In this document: positions 62,420 to 64,000 of the stretch, one piece after another
Numbering within the stretch: position 1 is the first letter of the stretch
Layout: every line of letters begins with the position of its first letter
NCBI GenBank assembly: GCA_976551045.1
Contig: CDPCPM010000019.1
Coordinates: forward strand, 4,464,001-4,528,000
Direction: 5' to 3'
DNA: 64,000 nt
Source: Glaucostegus cemiculus
Taxonomy: Eukaryota
Notes under the pieces: model-generated
Database searches by the model: none
What the model saw: only the letters and a program-made list of their open reading frames with translations
Told to the model about the DNA's origin: nothing
Made by a program: the position numbers and the translations under genes

Positions 62420-63760
62420 ATCAGCATCAGAGAGCTCAAGAATTCAAATTTATTTTCTGCATCTCAACACATAAATACATTTTTAATTAATATCTTAAAA
62501 AGATTACCCAGTCTGATAGGGATATTTATAATCTAAGCTGAACAGTTGTTTCTGTCAGAAACTCACTTGTCCCTCTCCTCGGACACATGACATGTAAAAT
62601 CTTGTTGCTTTTCTTATCACTCAACAATGTCTTTTCCTGGATGAAAGTGCTCCTTAGATTCCATTTTCTAATTTATGACTGTGTAATCATGGGGACTCCT
62701 CTCTATCTTTTCACAACCAAGTGCTTGTTGCAAGAAGGTAGAAAGAAAGCTAAGGATGAATAAGGCTGCGCAGCTGATCAAAGCTCTGATACTCCAGTTC
62801 ACTTCCACTTGCACCAAGTATATTCTGGAAGCCTCGAATCTTATTGACTCTTTCAGGTCTCTAGATTAAAGCAAATATTTTCATCAATTATTTACAAAAA
62901 TCTTTTAAATGTAGTAATTTTAATCTATGTCTTCTGGCAGTACCAACTCAATAACTTCTAAACATTCTGGTTCACATTATTAGACTCAAGCATTTTTTTT
63001 AAAAGTGAATGTGCCTTTTTATTTATACTGGAGTATAAATTTCTTCAATCTTTCCCAAGGTACTTCCCTTTGTACATGAACAATATTTGCATTCCTGGCA
63101 AAAGTTTTTTTTTGTATCCACTCTAATATATGTGCCTTCCAAAATTTGTTCACCAAAACGTTCCCACCGGTCTATCTCCATGGCCTCCGTAGTTTTGGAA
63201 TGCACAGTTCTGATGACATATTCCAAAATTTTTTTCATTTTTGTAAATTTATTTCTGCACTGTTCAACAATTGATACTTAACCCTTTCCCTCAGAAATTC
63301 CTGGAGTCTAATGTTAGAGCTCTCAGAAATATTTTCTGTTCAGGCTTATCCAGTTTTTTCTCCAAGCCTGAGTACTGCTCTAGCTTTCCAGATTTTGTAG
63401 TATTATTTACAGCGTTTTGTGTGGCTCAGGAATGGGGGTAAATAGTGTTCTCAAAGTCCAAATCAATGGAGATCCACTGCCTATTTTATTTCCAATTATC
63501 TCTGATAATTCCAAAGGTTGTATTGAAAGGATATCTTCCTCTGGATCTAGATTAGCTGTTTCTTATTTATCTTTGCTGTTCAGATACTTCATCCCAAAAA
63601 TTTTATAATTCGATTGTTTTGTGACATACAGATAGTAGCCCTGAAGTTGCCCACATCAGATTTGTCTCCTTTTAAAAACATTGCTAACCTGTAATTCTTA
63701 AACTTTCTCAGCTGCATTCATTCTTTGACATTTTTACTTTTCTTGTCTTCATTGTTGCCA
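62420..63760 (-). mobile_element. Heavily decayed LINE (CR1-like) in an ST8SIA3 intron
   Basis: CpG-poor degraded coding-like sequence. ORF fragments such as KKILEYVIR resemble CR1 ORF2. Confidence 0.4.
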
Positions 63761-63799
63761 TGTAGATGTTGACCTGCTTGTGACTTTTGAGTCCAGATT

Positions 63800-63910
63800 C
63801 AAGCCTACATTACAGCTGTGACTATGACAGGGAACTGCAGTACTTCACTGGCTGTGAAAATTTTGGATTGAACCAAGGTTGTGAAAGATGCAATGTAAGT
63901 GTGAGGCTAT
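63800..63910 (+). mobile_element. DeuSINE/L2-type 3' tail fragment
   Basis: 'agtacttcactggctgtgaaaattttgg...ggttgtgaaagatgcaatgtaagtg' resembles the SacSINE-type tail as I remember it. A similar relic lies at ~3235-3310. Confidence 0.4.
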
Positions 63911-64000
63911 GTTTCTTATGGACCATTGAGATGAATAGTGTTCATGCTATGTTAATTTAGCCAGCTCAATAAAAACAGATTTAATATTATCCAATGCATT

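Overview
This is vertebrate genomic DNA, most likely from a cartilaginous fish (shark or ray), inferred from its repeat families. It covers the conserved FECH - ONECUT2 - ST8SIA3 block. The + strand carries the last coding exon of ferrochelatase (FECH, 4012-4146). The - strand carries the complete two-exon ONECUT2 CDS (46481-45374 joined to 32046-31754, 466 aa) and the last two coding exons of ST8SIA3 (61755-61198 and 59296-59011). Positions 1-19.8 kb are CpG-depleted and full of decayed LINE and SINE copies (CR1, RTE, Rex1/Babar-like, DeuSINE, Penelope-type terminal fragments). Positions 20-56 kb are almost free of sizeable retroelements. The most interesting signals are regulatory. These are an inferred ~11.7 kb ONECUT2 3'UTR densely packed with miR-9, miR-218 and let-7 seed sites, a layered uORF/leaky-start arrangement at the ONECUT2 start, and an AT-rich but CpG-retaining domain of ~32 kb. 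There is also an LF-SINE-like relic, a CTCF-like site in the ONECUT2 intron, and decayed hammerhead-like cores in Penelope-type repeats. I found no evidence for a novel protein-coding system, CRISPR array or RNA gene. Repeat boundaries and repeat family names were called by eye and from memory, so they are approximate.
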